Part shown: positions 8,980 to 18,449 of the stretch, piece after piece
How positions within the stretch are numbered: the stretch's first letter is position 1
Layout of the letters: each line of letters starts with the position of its first letter
Assembly (NCBI GenBank): GCA_964291495.2
Contig: OZ219871.1
Location: 480,001 to 544,000 of the forward strand
Direction of reading: 5' to 3'
DNA: 64,000 nt
DNA from: Dehalococcoidia bacterium
Lineage (GTDB): Bacteria > Chloroflexota > Dehalococcoidia > UBA2979
The notes under the pieces: generated by a model
Told to the model about the DNA's origin: nothing
Database searches by the model: none
The model's input: the letters and a program-made list of their open reading frames with translations, nothing else
Position numbers and translations under genes: made by a program

Positions 8980-10002
8980 ATGAAGGTCTACGCGGGCATC
9001 GGGACGCACACGCCGTTCGCCGACATCGAGGCGCACGTACGCCGCGTCGAGGCGCTCGGCTACGACGGCATCAAGGTGCCGGAGACGGTCAACGACGGGA
9101 TGATCACCGCCGCGCTCGTCGCCGAGCACAGCGAGCGGTTGCGCATCGTGACCAGCATCATCCTCGCCTTCCCGCGCGCGCCGATGCAGCTCGCCTACAG
9201 CGCCTGGGGCGTACAGCAGCTCGCCGCGGGCCGCCTCAACCTCGGCCTCGGCACGCAGGTGAAGGGCAACATCGAGGGCCGTTACGGCGTGCCGTGGACG
9301 CCTCCGATCCCGCGCATGCGCGAGTACCTGCAGCTGCTCAGTGAGATCTTCGGCGCGTTCCAGTCCGGCGAGGGCGTGCGCTTCGAGGGCGAGCAGTACC
9401 GCATCACGCGCCTGCAGCCGCGCTTCAACCCCGGCCCGATCGACTACCCGGCGCCCTCGCTCTGGCTGGGCGCGGTGAACCCGGCGATCTGCCGCCTTGC
9501 CGGCGAGCTGGCGGACGGCGTGCTCACGCACCCGACGAACTCCAGCCCTCGCTACCTGCGCGAGGTGACGCTCGCCAACATCGCCGAGGGCGCGAAGCGC
9601 AGCGGTCGCGACCCGTCGGAGGTCGAACTGATTCCGAGCCTGCAGATCCTGACCGGCGCGACGCAGGCGGAGATCGACCGGCAGCGCGAGGTGGTCCGCG
9701 ACTCGATGGGGTTCTGGTACTCGACCCCGCCCTACTGGCCGACGCTACAGATCCACGGCTGGACGGACCTCGGCCCGGAGCTGCGCGAGCTGACGCGGGC
9801 GGGCAAATGGGGCGAGCTGTCCTCGCTGATCAGCGACGAGATGATCGACACGCTGATGCCGCAGGGCACGTACGACTCGATCGCCGAGACCATCCTCGAG
9901 TGGTACGGGGACATCGCGGACGGCGTCACGTTCCCGCTGCCGGAGGATCCCGCCCGGGACGAGCAGGTCGCGCGCGTGATCGAGCGGTTGCAGGCGGCAT
10001 AG
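8980..10002 (+). CDS. LLM-class F420-dependent oxidoreductase
   Basis: AFPRAPMQLAY, LGLGTQVKGNIEGRYG, AGELADGVLTHP. Confidence 0.9.
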   Translation: MKVYAGIGTHTPFADIEAHVRRVEALGYDGIKVPETVNDGMITAALVAEHSERLRIVTSIILAFPRAPMQLAYSAWGVQQLAAGRLNLGLGTQVKGNIEGRYGVPWTPPIPRMREYLQLLSEIFGAFQSGEGVRFEGEQYRITRLQPRFNPGPIDYPAPSLWLGAVNPAICRLAGELADGVLTHPTNSSPRYLREVTLANIAEGAKRSGRDPSEVELIPSLQILTGATQAEIDRQREVVRDSMGFWYSTPPYWPTLQIHGWTDLGPELRELTRAGKWGELSSLISDEMIDTLMPQGTYDSIAETILEWYGDIADGVTFPLPEDPARDEQVARVIERLQAA

Positions 10003-10022
10003 GAAGAGGACGGAGGCAGACG

Positions 10023-10415
10023 ATGCAGCTTTCAGGGGACGACCGGACGGCGATCCAGGACCTGGTCTCTCGCTACAACATGGCGCACGACACGGACGAC
10101 GTGGACGGCTGGCTCGACACCTTCACCGAGGACGCCACGTTCATCACCGGCCGCAGCCGCCGCGAGGGCCACGGGGAGCTGCGCGACTTCTTCCTGCACG
10201 GCGGCGAGCGGCTGCCGAACGTCCGCCACATCACCTACAACTCCGTGTTCGAGCCGATCGAGGGCGAGAGCGAGCGCGTGCTGATGCACTCGGACCTGCT
10301 GGTCTTCCGCGCCGACGACCCCCCGGTGCTGGTGCTGACGCGGCGCTACCACGACACGCTGCGCCGCGACGGCGGCGAGTGGCGCTTCGAGCGCCGCGAG
10401 ATCACCGCGGACTGA
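10023..10415 (+). CDS. SnoaL-like / NTF2 family protein
   Basis: DRTAIQDLVSRY, FTEDATF, YHDTLRRDGGEWRF; GGAGG RBS. Confidence 0.85.
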   Translation: MQLSGDDRTAIQDLVSRYNMAHDTDDVDGWLDTFTEDATFITGRSRREGHGELRDFFLHGGERLPNVRHITYNSVFEPIEGESERVLMHSDLLVFRADDPPVLVLTRRYHDTLRRDGGEWRFERREITAD

Positions 10416-10484
10416 CGACCACCCTCGCCGCACGTACGCGCCGAGCTCCCTCGTATACTCCCGGGGCGACCGAGGAGGGCTGGC

Positions 10485-11312
10485 ATGTTCGCGACGATCG
10501 GGCACACCTTCGAGTTGATGAAGATGAGCTGGCGCGTCCTGATGCTGGACCGCGAGCTGATCCTGTTCCCGATCATGTCGGGCATCGCGGTGCTCGTGCT
10601 GGTCGCCGTGATGGCCGGCATCGGCTTCTCCGTGGGCACCTTCGATCGCGCCGCGGCCGAGGGGGCGGAGGAGTCGCTCGGAATCGTGGACGCTGTGCTC
10701 GGGCTGGTCTTCGTCTTCGTCTCCTCGGCGCTCGTGATCTTCTTCAACGCGGCGCTGGTCGCCGCGGCGCTCGAGCGGCTGCGAGGCGGCGACCCGAACA
10801 TCGGCTCCGGGCTGCGCGCCGCCTCCGCGCGCCTGCCGCAGATCCTCGCCTGGGCGCTGATCTCGGTGATCGTCTCGATCATCCTGCAGGCGCTGCGCGA
10901 GCGCGGCGGCATCGCCGGCCAGGTCGCATCGTGGATCGGCGGCGTGGCCTGGAGCCTTGCCACCTTCTTCGTCATCCCGGTCCTGGTCGCCGAGGGCGTC
11001 GGGCCAATCGAGGCGATCAAGCGCTCGGCCGGGCTGCTGCGCCAGACCTGGGGCCGTCAGATCGCCGCCAGCTTCGGGTTCGGACTCGTGAGCATCCTCG
11101 CCGTGATCCTCGCCATCATCCCCGCCGCGATCCTCTTCTTCGTGCATCCGATCCTCGGCATCGCCGTCGGCGTACCGCTGGTCGCGCTCGCGATCGGCAC
11201 GGTTTCCGCCCTCGAGGGTATCTTCAAGGCAGCGCTCTACGACTTCGCGAACGGCGAGACGCCGCACGGCTTCGACCGCTCGACGCTCGCGAACGCCTAC
11301 CGGGCGATGTAG
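10485..11312 (+). CDS. Conserved integral membrane protein (DUF6159-like)
   Basis: SWRVLMLDRELILFP, AWSLATFFVIPVLVAE, RQTWG. Confidence 0.75.
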   Translation: MFATIGHTFELMKMSWRVLMLDRELILFPIMSGIAVLVLVAVMAGIGFSVGTFDRAAAEGAEESLGIVDAVLGLVFVFVSSALVIFFNAALVAAALERLRGGDPNIGSGLRAASARLPQILAWALISVIVSIILQALRERGGIAGQVASWIGGVAWSLATFFVIPVLVAEGVGPIEAIKRSAGLLRQTWGRQIAASFGFGLVSILAVILAIIPAAILFFVHPILGIAVGVPLVALAIGTVSALEGIFKAALYDFANGETPHGFDRSTLANAYRAM

Positions 11313-11430
11313 CCCCCGGGAGCGACCGCTCGGCAGCCCCTCCGCCGCCGGGCGGCTATGATCGCCGCGGCTCCGCGCCGGCCCAGGGCTGCGCATCGCG
11401 AGCCGCGCGGCGAGAGGCCCCGAGGTGGCG

Positions 11431-12732
11431 ATGCAGCCCTCCACGGAGAGCGACGCCCCGGTCACGTCCGGCGCGCCCCTTGCCACCCCCGAGGACATTG
11501 ACGACGCGGCGGCCAGCGTCTCGTTGTGGGGGCCGCTGCGCAGCCGCGACTACCGCTGGTTCCTGCTCGGCGGGCTCACCTTCTCCGGCTCGCTCTGGGT
11601 CGGCATCACGGCTGTCGGCTGGGTCGCGCTCGAGCTGACCGGCTCGCCCTCGGGGGTGACGCTCGCCAGCGCTGTCTGGTTCTCGCCGTTCGTCGTGCTG
11701 GCGCTGCCGGCCGGCGTGCTCGCCGACTCGATGGACCGCCGCTGGCTGATGATCGTCCTGCGAGGGCTCTCGGCGGTGCTGATGGTCGCCGGAGCCCTGA
11801 TCGCCTTCAGCGGACAGCTGACGTACCCGCTGCTGCTGGTGCTCGCCGCCTGCAACGGCGCGCTGATCATCATCGAGATGCCTGCCCGCCAGGCTTACAT
11901 CGCGATGCTGGTGCCACGCGGCCAGCTGGTGAACGCGATGGCGATGCTGTCCAGCGAGGGCAGCGTCTCGCGCGTCGCCGGCCCGCTGCTCGCCGGCATC
12001 CTGCTCGACGAAACCGGCGCGGGCGGCGCGTTTCTCGCCTTCGCAGTGCTCTGCCTGATGATCATCGTCTTCACGTTGCGGATCCGCACCCCGGGGCGTG
12101 TCGTACGGGAGCGCGCGCCCGGAGCGGCCGCAGGCCGCATGCACCGCGAACTGATGGAGGGCCTGCGGCACCTCGCCGGGCACCCCGACGCGAGGGCGGT
12201 CGTGACGCTCGCCATCCTCGCCGGCACGGTCTCGTGGGTGTACGTCACGCTGCTGCCGGTGATGACGAAGGACGTCTTCGATGGCGACGCACGGCTGCTC
12301 GGCACGCTCAGCGCGGCGATCGGCATCGGGCAGGTGCCGTCGGCGGTGCTGCTCGCGTTCTACCGCGACTTCCGCCACACCGGCATCGCCTACATCGCCT
12401 CGATGCTCACGCTCGGCCTCGCGATCGTCGGCTACGCCGTCTCCACCTCCGTGCCGCTGACGCTGGGGCTGCTCGCGCTCACGGGGCTCACCTTCTCCAG
12501 CCAGCACATCATGCTCAACGCGATCCTGCTGAGGATCGTGGAGCCGCGCTTCCACGGCCGCGTGCTCGGCGCGATGTTCCTCCCCTGGGGGTTCAACGTG
12601 CTCGGCCTGCTCTCGGCGGGCGCGATCGCCGAGGCGCTTGGTGTGCAGCTCGCCGTCGGCATCTCCGGCGCGCTGCTCGTGACCTTCGCGTGCGGCGCCG
12701 TGCTGCTGCGCCCGCAACTGCTGCGCATCTGA
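11431..12732 (+). CDS. MFS transporter
   Basis: PLRSRDYRWF, GVLADSMDRR motif A, ~12 hydrophobic segments. Confidence 0.9.
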   Translation: MQPSTESDAPVTSGAPLATPEDIDDAAASVSLWGPLRSRDYRWFLLGGLTFSGSLWVGITAVGWVALELTGSPSGVTLASAVWFSPFVVLALPAGVLADSMDRRWLMIVLRGLSAVLMVAGALIAFSGQLTYPLLLVLAACNGALIIIEMPARQAYIAMLVPRGQLVNAMAMLSSEGSVSRVAGPLLAGILLDETGAGGAFLAFAVLCLMIIVFTLRIRTPGRVVRERAPGAAAGRMHRELMEGLRHLAGHPDARAVVTLAILAGTVSWVYVTLLPVMTKDVFDGDARLLGTLSAAIGIGQVPSAVLLAFYRDFRHTGIAYIASMLTLGLAIVGYAVSTSVPLTLGLLALTGLTFSSQHIMLNAILLRIVEPRFHGRVLGAMFLPWGFNVLGLLSAGAIAEALGVQLAVGISGALLVTFACGAVLLRPQLLRI

Positions 12733-12819
12733 GCCCGGCCCGAGGGACGCCCGAACCCGCCGCGCACGCCCTCGATGCGCTAAGGTCGCTCGCGGAGCGA
12801 ACGCGGGAGGGGACGCGCG

Positions 12820-13659
12820 ATGGATGACTTCGCGGGCAAGGTCGCCGTCATCACCGGCGCCGCGAGCGGCATGGGCCGCGCCTACGCGCGCCGCTTCTCC
12901 GCCGAGGGCATGAGCGTCGTGCTCGCCGACATCGACACGGACGGCCTCGATCGCCTCGTCGCCGAGCTGCGCGAGGCGGGGCGGGACGCCAGCGGCGTGG
13001 TCGCCGACGTGACGGACCCGGACTCCGTCGAGGCGCTCGCCGAGGCGGCGTTCGCGCGCCACGGCGGCGTGCACGTGCTGAGCAGCAACGCCGGAGGAAG
13101 CGGCGACACGCGCGGGCCGATCTGGGAGAACACGCAGGAGCAGTGGGAGTTCGTCTTCGGCCTCAACATGTACGGCGTGGTGAACGGGATCCGCTCGTTC
13201 GTGCCGCGCATGATCGCCATGGACGAGGAGGCGCACGTCGTCAACACCTCCTCGATGTCCGGAATCGTCCCCGGCGGCCTGATCTACGGGGCAGCCAAGC
13301 ACGCCGTGGTGAGCATCAGCGAGACGCTTTACCTGCAACTGCGCCGCCGCAACCTGAAGGTGCACGCGCACGCGCTGTGCCCGTGGTTCGTGAAGACCTC
13401 GCTCACCTCGCGCAGCGACGATCCCCGCGCCGTCTCCGCCTACGAGGGCGCGATCCAGCCCGAGGACGTGGCCGAGGCGGTGGTGCAGGCGCTGCGCGAC
13501 AACCGCTTCTACATCCTCCCCCAGCACGATCTCGACGAGTTGATCCTCGCCCGCGCGCAGAACATCGTGGCCGAGAGCGAGCCCGCCTCCCTTACACCCT
13601 GGGAGGCGAGCGCGAGCGTGCGCAGCGGCAGTGGCGTCAGCGACGCGATCAGGAGGTAG
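12820..13659 (+). CDS. SDR family oxidoreductase
   Basis: ITGAASGMG, NAG, NTSSMSG, YGAAK. Confidence 0.92.
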   Translation: MDDFAGKVAVITGAASGMGRAYARRFSAEGMSVVLADIDTDGLDRLVAELREAGRDASGVVADVTDPDSVEALAEAAFARHGGVHVLSSNAGGSGDTRGPIWENTQEQWEFVFGLNMYGVVNGIRSFVPRMIAMDEEAHVVNTSSMSGIVPGGLIYGAAKHAVVSISETLYLQLRRRNLKVHAHALCPWFVKTSLTSRSDDPRAVSAYEGAIQPEDVAEAVVQALRDNRFYILPQHDLDELILARAQNIVAESEPASLTPWEASASVRSGSGVSDAIRR

Positions 13660-13661
13660 CG

Positions 13662-14099
13662 ATGAGCGAGTACATCCCGAGCCCGCGCGACTGGGTCGCC
13701 GAGCAGGTCGAGGTCTACGAGGGCAGCAACGGCCGCGAGGGCACGACGCTGCGCGAGACCGGGCTGCCCTGCATCATCGTGACGTGCCGAGGGCACAAGA
13801 CCGGCGCGATTCGCAAGGTGCCGCTGATGACGGTCGCCGACGGCGACGGCTACGTGCTCGTCGCCTCGGTCGGCGGCGGGCCGAAGCACCCGCTCTGGTA
13901 CTACAACCTGCTCGCCGACCCGGAGGTGGAGATCCGCGACGGCGAGCGCGTGCAGCCGATGCGGGCGTGCCTCGTCGAGGACGCGGAGGAGCGGGCGCGC
14001 CTCTGGGAGATCGCAGTCGCGGCCTACCCGCCGTACGAGGAGTACCAGGGGCGCACGGAGCGCGTGATCCCCGTCTTCCGCGCTGAGCCTGTCGGGTAA
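13662..14099 (+). CDS. Deazaflavin (F420)-dependent nitroreductase family protein
   Basis: YIPSPRDWVAEQVEVYE, TGAIRKVPLM, ASVGGGPKHPLWYYNL; AGGAGG RBS. Confidence 0.9.
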   Translation: MSEYIPSPRDWVAEQVEVYEGSNGREGTTLRETGLPCIIVTCRGHKTGAIRKVPLMTVADGDGYVLVASVGGGPKHPLWYYNLLADPEVEIRDGERVQPMRACLVEDAEERARLWEIAVAAYPPYEEYQGRTERVIPVFRAEPVG

Positions 14100-14189
14100 C
14101 GCAGGGCGCGGAGTCAGGGCGAGTCGCGATCCTCGATACTGGATCCGCCGGGCCGCGGGCAGTCTCGCGGCGCTGAGACGAGGCGCGAG

Positions 14190-15599
14190 ATGAGCGGCGC
14201 GATGAGCCTCCTCGACACGGTCTACCGCCAGTTCGATCAGGCGGCGAGCTTCACGGACTACGAGCCCGGCCTGCTCCAGCAGATGCGGGACTGCAACGCC
14301 GTCTACCACCTGCGCTTCCCCGTCGAGATGGACAACGGCCACGTCGAGGTGATCGAGGCCTACCGCGCGGAGCACAGCTACCACCGCCTGCCCACCAAGG
14401 GCGGCATCCGCATCAGCCCGCACGTCAGCGCCGACGAGGTGGTCGCCCTCGCGACGCTGATGAGCTTCAAGTGCGCCCTCGTCGAGGTCCCCTTCGGCGG
14501 CGCGAAGGGCGCGATCGTGCTCGACCCGCGCAGCCCCGAGGACGTTCGCAGGCGCGTGATCCGGCGCTACACGGCGGAGCTGTCGCGCAAGAACTTCATC
14601 GGGCCCAGCGTGGACGTGCCCGCCCCCGACTACGGCAGCGGCGAGCAGGAGATGGCCTGGATCGCCGACACCTACCGCCACCTCAACCCCGACGAACTCG
14701 ACCACTGGGCCTGCGTCACCGGCAAGCCGGTCACGCTGCACGGCATCCCCGGCCGCACCGAGGCGACGGGCCTCGGCGTCTGCGACGGCATCATGGAGGC
14801 GCTCGACCACCTCGACGACATGCAGAACCTTGGCCTCACGCGCGGCCTCGCGGGCAAGCGCGTGATCGTGCAGGGCCTCGGCAACGTCGGCTCCAACGCC
14901 GCCAGTCACCTGCAGGAATGCGGCGCGCGCGTCGTCGGCGTCGCCGAGTACGAGGGCGGGCTCTACACAGAGCGCGAACTCGACGTCGACGCAGTGCTGG
15001 CCTACCGCGCCGAGACCGGTTCGCTGCACGGCTTCCCCGGCGCCACCTGGATTCCCAGCTCCGCGGAAACGATCGAGCAGGACTGCGACATCCTGGTCCC
15101 CGCCGCGATCGAGGGCGTGATCACCTCGGAGAACGCGGCCCGCATCCAGGCGAAGGTGATCGCCGAGGCATCGAACGGCCCGGTCTACCCGGACGCAGAG
15201 CCGATCCTCGCCGAGCGCGGCACGCTGCTGATCCCGGACATCTACCTCAACGCCGGCGGTGTCACCGTCTCCTACTTCGAGTGGCTGAAGAACCTCTCGC
15301 ACGTCAGCTTCGACCGCATGTACAAGCGCTACGAGGAGATCTCGACGCGCCGCCTGCTGATGGCGACCGAGCAGCTCGCGGGCGGCCGCTTCAACCCCGA
15401 CCAGCTGGCCGATCTCACGCGCGGCCCCTCGGAGATCGACTTCGTGCGCACCGCGCTCGCGGAGACGATGTCCGAGGCCTACCGCGAGATGCACGAGACC
15501 TGGCGCGAGCGCGACCTCCCGGACCTGCGCACCGCCGCCTTCCTGATCGCGATCGAGCGCATCGCCTCGAACTACCTCGCCCTCGGCATCTTCCCGTAG
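14190..15599 (+). CDS. gdhA: Glutamate dehydrogenase (Glu/Leu/Phe/Val family)
   Basis: PTKGGIR, VPFGGAKG, DVPAPD, QGLGNVG, NAGGVTVSYFEW. Confidence 0.93.
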   Translation: MSGAMSLLDTVYRQFDQAASFTDYEPGLLQQMRDCNAVYHLRFPVEMDNGHVEVIEAYRAEHSYHRLPTKGGIRISPHVSADEVVALATLMSFKCALVEVPFGGAKGAIVLDPRSPEDVRRRVIRRYTAELSRKNFIGPSVDVPAPDYGSGEQEMAWIADTYRHLNPDELDHWACVTGKPVTLHGIPGRTEATGLGVCDGIMEALDHLDDMQNLGLTRGLAGKRVIVQGLGNVGSNAASHLQECGARVVGVAEYEGGLYTERELDVDAVLAYRAETGSLHGFPGATWIPSSAETIEQDCDILVPAAIEGVITSENAARIQAKVIAEASNGPVYPDAEPILAERGTLLIPDIYLNAGGVTVSYFEWLKNLSHVSFDRMYKRYEEISTRRLLMATEQLAGGRFNPDQLADLTRGPSEIDFVRTALAETMSEAYREMHETWRERDLPDLRTAAFLIAIERIASNYLALGIFP

Positions 15600-15814
15600 G
15601 GGACCGTTGCGAAACCCTCTCCTCAGGGCAGCGAGCGCATCCCCTCCGGTCCCCTCTCCCCGAGGGAGAGGGTTAGGGTGAGGGAGGATCCGCTCTCTGA
15701 GTTTCGTTGCGCCTTCGGGGCTCTCGGAGGGGCGCGCGAGTCCTCCCCCTCACCCCCGCCCTCTCCCCAGGGAGAGGGGGCCGGATCGGGCTTGTGGGAG
15801 TTCGCAGGGGGCTC
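15600..15814. mobile_element. Degenerate MITE-like element, copy 1, with two inverted BoxC-like hairpins
   Basis: Closely similar over its whole length to 22303-22519; ends GGGACCGTTGCGAAACCC ... GAGTTCGCAGGGGGCTC; lies between convergent genes. Confidence 0.8.
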
Positions 15815-15838
15815 CGCGCGGGCCGCGCCCCGCGCCGC

Positions 15839-16498
15839 CTACAGCGCCATCTCGCGCAGGTCCGGTGCGCGGCTGAGCGGGGCCGCCGTGGCCGCCTCTA
15901 CCTGCTCCGGCGTGACGCCGGGCGCGACCTCGCGCAGCAGCAGGCCGTCCCCGGTGACCTCGATCACTGCGAGGTTCGTGACCAGCAGGTCGACGCACGC
16001 GCTCGCCGTCAGCGGGTAGCTGCAGCGCTCGAGGATGCGCGGGCGGCCATCGTGCGTGGTGTGCTCCATCGCCACGATCAGCCGCCGCACGCCTACCGCC
16101 AGGTCCATCCCGCCGCCGATGCTGCCACCGCCCCGCTCCGGGATCGACCAGTTCGCCAGGTCGCCGCGCGCGGAGACCTCGAGCGCTCCGAGGATGGCGA
16201 CGTCGACGTGCCCGCCGCGGATCATCCCGAAGGAGTCGCTGGTGTGGAAGAAGCTCGCGCCGGGGCGCAGCTCGACCGACTGCCCGCCGGCGTTGATCAG
16301 GTTCGGGTCGAAGCCGCCGTCCTCGCGGATCGCGCCGTAGCCGAGGATGCCGTTCTCCGCCTGCAGCAGCACGCCGTGGTCGGGCGGCAGGTAGTTCGAG
16401 ACCAGCGTCGGGATGCCGATGCCGAGGTTGACGACCATCCCGTCGCGCAGCTCGCGCGCCACGCGCAGCGCCATCAACTCGCGTGTCAGCCCGGCCAC
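15839..16498 (-). CDS. scoB: 3-oxoacid CoA-transferase subunit B (family I)
   Basis: VVNLGIGIPT, LQAENG (catalytic Glu), RGGHVDVAILGA, GGGMDL. Confidence 0.9.
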   Translation of the reverse strand: MAGLTRELMALRVARELRDGMVVNLGIGIPTLVSNYLPPDHGVLLQAENGILGYGAIREDGGFDPNLINAGGQSVELRPGASFFHTSDSFGMIRGGHVDVAILGALEVSARGDLANWSIPERGGGSIGGGMDLAVGVRRLIVAMEHTTHDGRPRILERCSYPLTASACVDLLVTNLAVIEVTGDGLLLREVAPGVTPEQVEAATAAPLSRAPDLREMAL

Positions 16499-16499
16499 G

Positions 16500-17243
16500 C
16501 TAGATGCCCTCCAGGCGGACCTCGATCGGGTCGCAGCGCACGATGCGGTCGACATACACGGCCGGCGTGCCGACCGTCTCGGGGTCGAGCTCGCCTGTCT
16601 CGACGATCTCCGAGACCTCGGCGATCACGAGGTCGGCGGCGGTCGCCATCAGCGGATTGAAGTTGCGCCCGGACGCCCGGTAGACGAGGTTGCCGAGCCG
16701 GTCCGCGCGCTGCGCCTGGATCAGCGCAACATCGGCGCGCAGCGGCGTCTCCAGCAGGTAGTCGACGCCCTCCACCTCGATGCGCCGCTTGCCCTCCTCG
16801 ACGATCGTGTCGAGGCCGGTGCGGGTAAGCACGCCGCCGAGGCCGGAGCCGCCCGCGCGGATGCGCTCGACGAGCGTGCCCTGCGGGACGAGCTCGAGCG
16901 TCACCTCGCCGCGGTGGTACTGCTCCTCGAAGCGGCTCCATTTCGAGGTGGAGGCGCGGATCGCGAAGGACGCGATCATGTGAGCGATCTGGCCGTGCTC
17001 GCAGAGGATGTCGAGCTGGTCGCCGAAGCCGATGTTGTTGGCGATCGCCGTCAGGCCGCGCGTCCCGCGGCGCTTGAGCGCATGGATCAGGTTCGTCGGC
17101 GTTCCCGCCGAGACGAAACCGCCGACCATCACGGTCGCGCCGTCCTCGATGCCTTCGAGGGCGGCGTCGGGCGTCTCGAAGATCTCGGCGACCAGCGTCC
17201 GGCTCCGTTCAGCGGCGCCCGTGCGCGAGCGCGCGGCGATCAT
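16500..17243 (-). CDS. scoA: 3-oxoacid CoA-transferase subunit A (family I)
   Basis: DGATVMVGGF, ELVPQGTLVERIRAGG, GNLVY..RNFNP; start codon uncertain. Confidence 0.88.
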   Translation of the reverse strand: MIAARSRTGAAERSRTLVAEIFETPDAALEGIEDGATVMVGGFVSAGTPTNLIHALKRRGTRGLTAIANNIGFGDQLDILCEHGQIAHMIASFAIRASTSKWSRFEEQYHRGEVTLELVPQGTLVERIRAGGSGLGGVLTRTGLDTIVEEGKRRIEVEGVDYLLETPLRADVALIQAQRADRLGNLVYRASGRNFNPLMATAADLVIAEVSEIVETGELDPETVGTPAVYVDRIVRCDPIEVRLEGI

Positions 17244-17311
17244 AGCCGGGCGGCGGGCGGCGCTGCGCTATCATCGCGGCGCGGCCCGCGATCGAGCCGG
17301 AGGTATCGAGG

Positions 17312-18430
17312 ATGACTGCGAATTCCGGTCAGGCGAACCCGCTGCACACCCGGCTCTGCGAGGAGTACGGCTGCGAGTACCCGATCGTCGCCTTCTCGCA
17401 CACGCGCGACGTGGTCGTGGCGGCCTCGAACGCGGGCGCGATCGGCATGCTCGGCTGCAGCACGCACACGATGGACGAGCTGCGCGCCGACCTCGCCTGG
17501 ATCAAGGAGCGCGTCGGCGACCGGCCCTTCGGCTGCGACATCACCCTGCCCTCCTCCTATGTGCAGGGGAACCGCGAGGAGCTGGAGGAGCAGATCCCCG
17601 AGGTGCATCGCGAGTTCGTCGAGGACCTGATGCGCGAGCACGAGATCCCGGAGCCAAAGACGCCGGGGCCGTGGGGCACGACGCGGCTGCGCAGCCTGGC
17701 CGACACGCGCGCCAAGCTCGAGCTGTTCATGAACGAGCGGATCCCCATCTTCGCCTCCGGGATGGGCAGCCCCGCCTTCGTGCTCGACGAGATGCACGAC
17801 GCCGGGGTGAAGGTCTGGGGCCTAATCGGCCTCGGCCGCCAGGCCGCACGCGAGCTGGAGGCGGGGATCGACCTGATCATCGCCCAGGGGCAGGACTCCG
17901 GCGGACACACCGGCCGCATCGGCACCTTCTCGATCGTCCCCGAGGTGGCGGAGCTCGCGAGGGCGTACGACACGCCGATCGTCGCCGCCGGAGGCGTGAC
18001 GACGGGTCGGCACCTCGTTGCGGCGCTCTCTCTTGGGGCGGTCGGCGTCTGGACCGGCACGCTCTGGCTGGCCACGCACGAGAACGGGCACCTGGAACCG
18101 TGGCAGAAGCAGAAGGTCGTCGAGGCGCGCACGCAGGACGCCTGGGTGACGACGGCGCTGGACGGCAAGCGCGCCCGAGGGCTGCGCGACTCCTTCGTCG
18201 AGGCGTGGGAGCAGCCCGAGGCGCCACGCACGCTGCCGATGCCGCTGCAGGGGCTGCTCGTCGGCAAGCTGCTCCAGTCGGCCGAGGACTGGGACCGCCG
18301 CGACTGGATTCGCACCCCCGGCGGGCAGGGCGTCGGGTTCGTGCGCGAGATCAAGCCGACCCGGCAGGTGATCTTCGACGTGATGGAAGAGGCCTGGGAC
18401 GCCCTCGACGCCGTCCAGCTCGCCGAGTAG
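17312..18430 (+). CDS. Nitronate monooxygenase family flavoprotein
   Basis: YPIVAFSH, IAQGQDSGGHTG, VAAGGV, GVWTGTLWL. Confidence 0.88.
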   Translation: MTANSGQANPLHTRLCEEYGCEYPIVAFSHTRDVVVAASNAGAIGMLGCSTHTMDELRADLAWIKERVGDRPFGCDITLPSSYVQGNREELEEQIPEVHREFVEDLMREHEIPEPKTPGPWGTTRLRSLADTRAKLELFMNERIPIFASGMGSPAFVLDEMHDAGVKVWGLIGLGRQAARELEAGIDLIIAQGQDSGGHTGRIGTFSIVPEVAELARAYDTPIVAAGGVTTGRHLVAALSLGAVGVWTGTLWLATHENGHLEPWQKQKVVEARTQDAWVTTALDGKRARGLRDSFVEAWEQPEAPRTLPMPLQGLLVGKLLQSAEDWDRRDWIRTPGGQGVGFVREIKPTRQVIFDVMEEAWDALDAVQLAE

Positions 18431-18449
18431 CCGGGAAGCGATCGAGACG

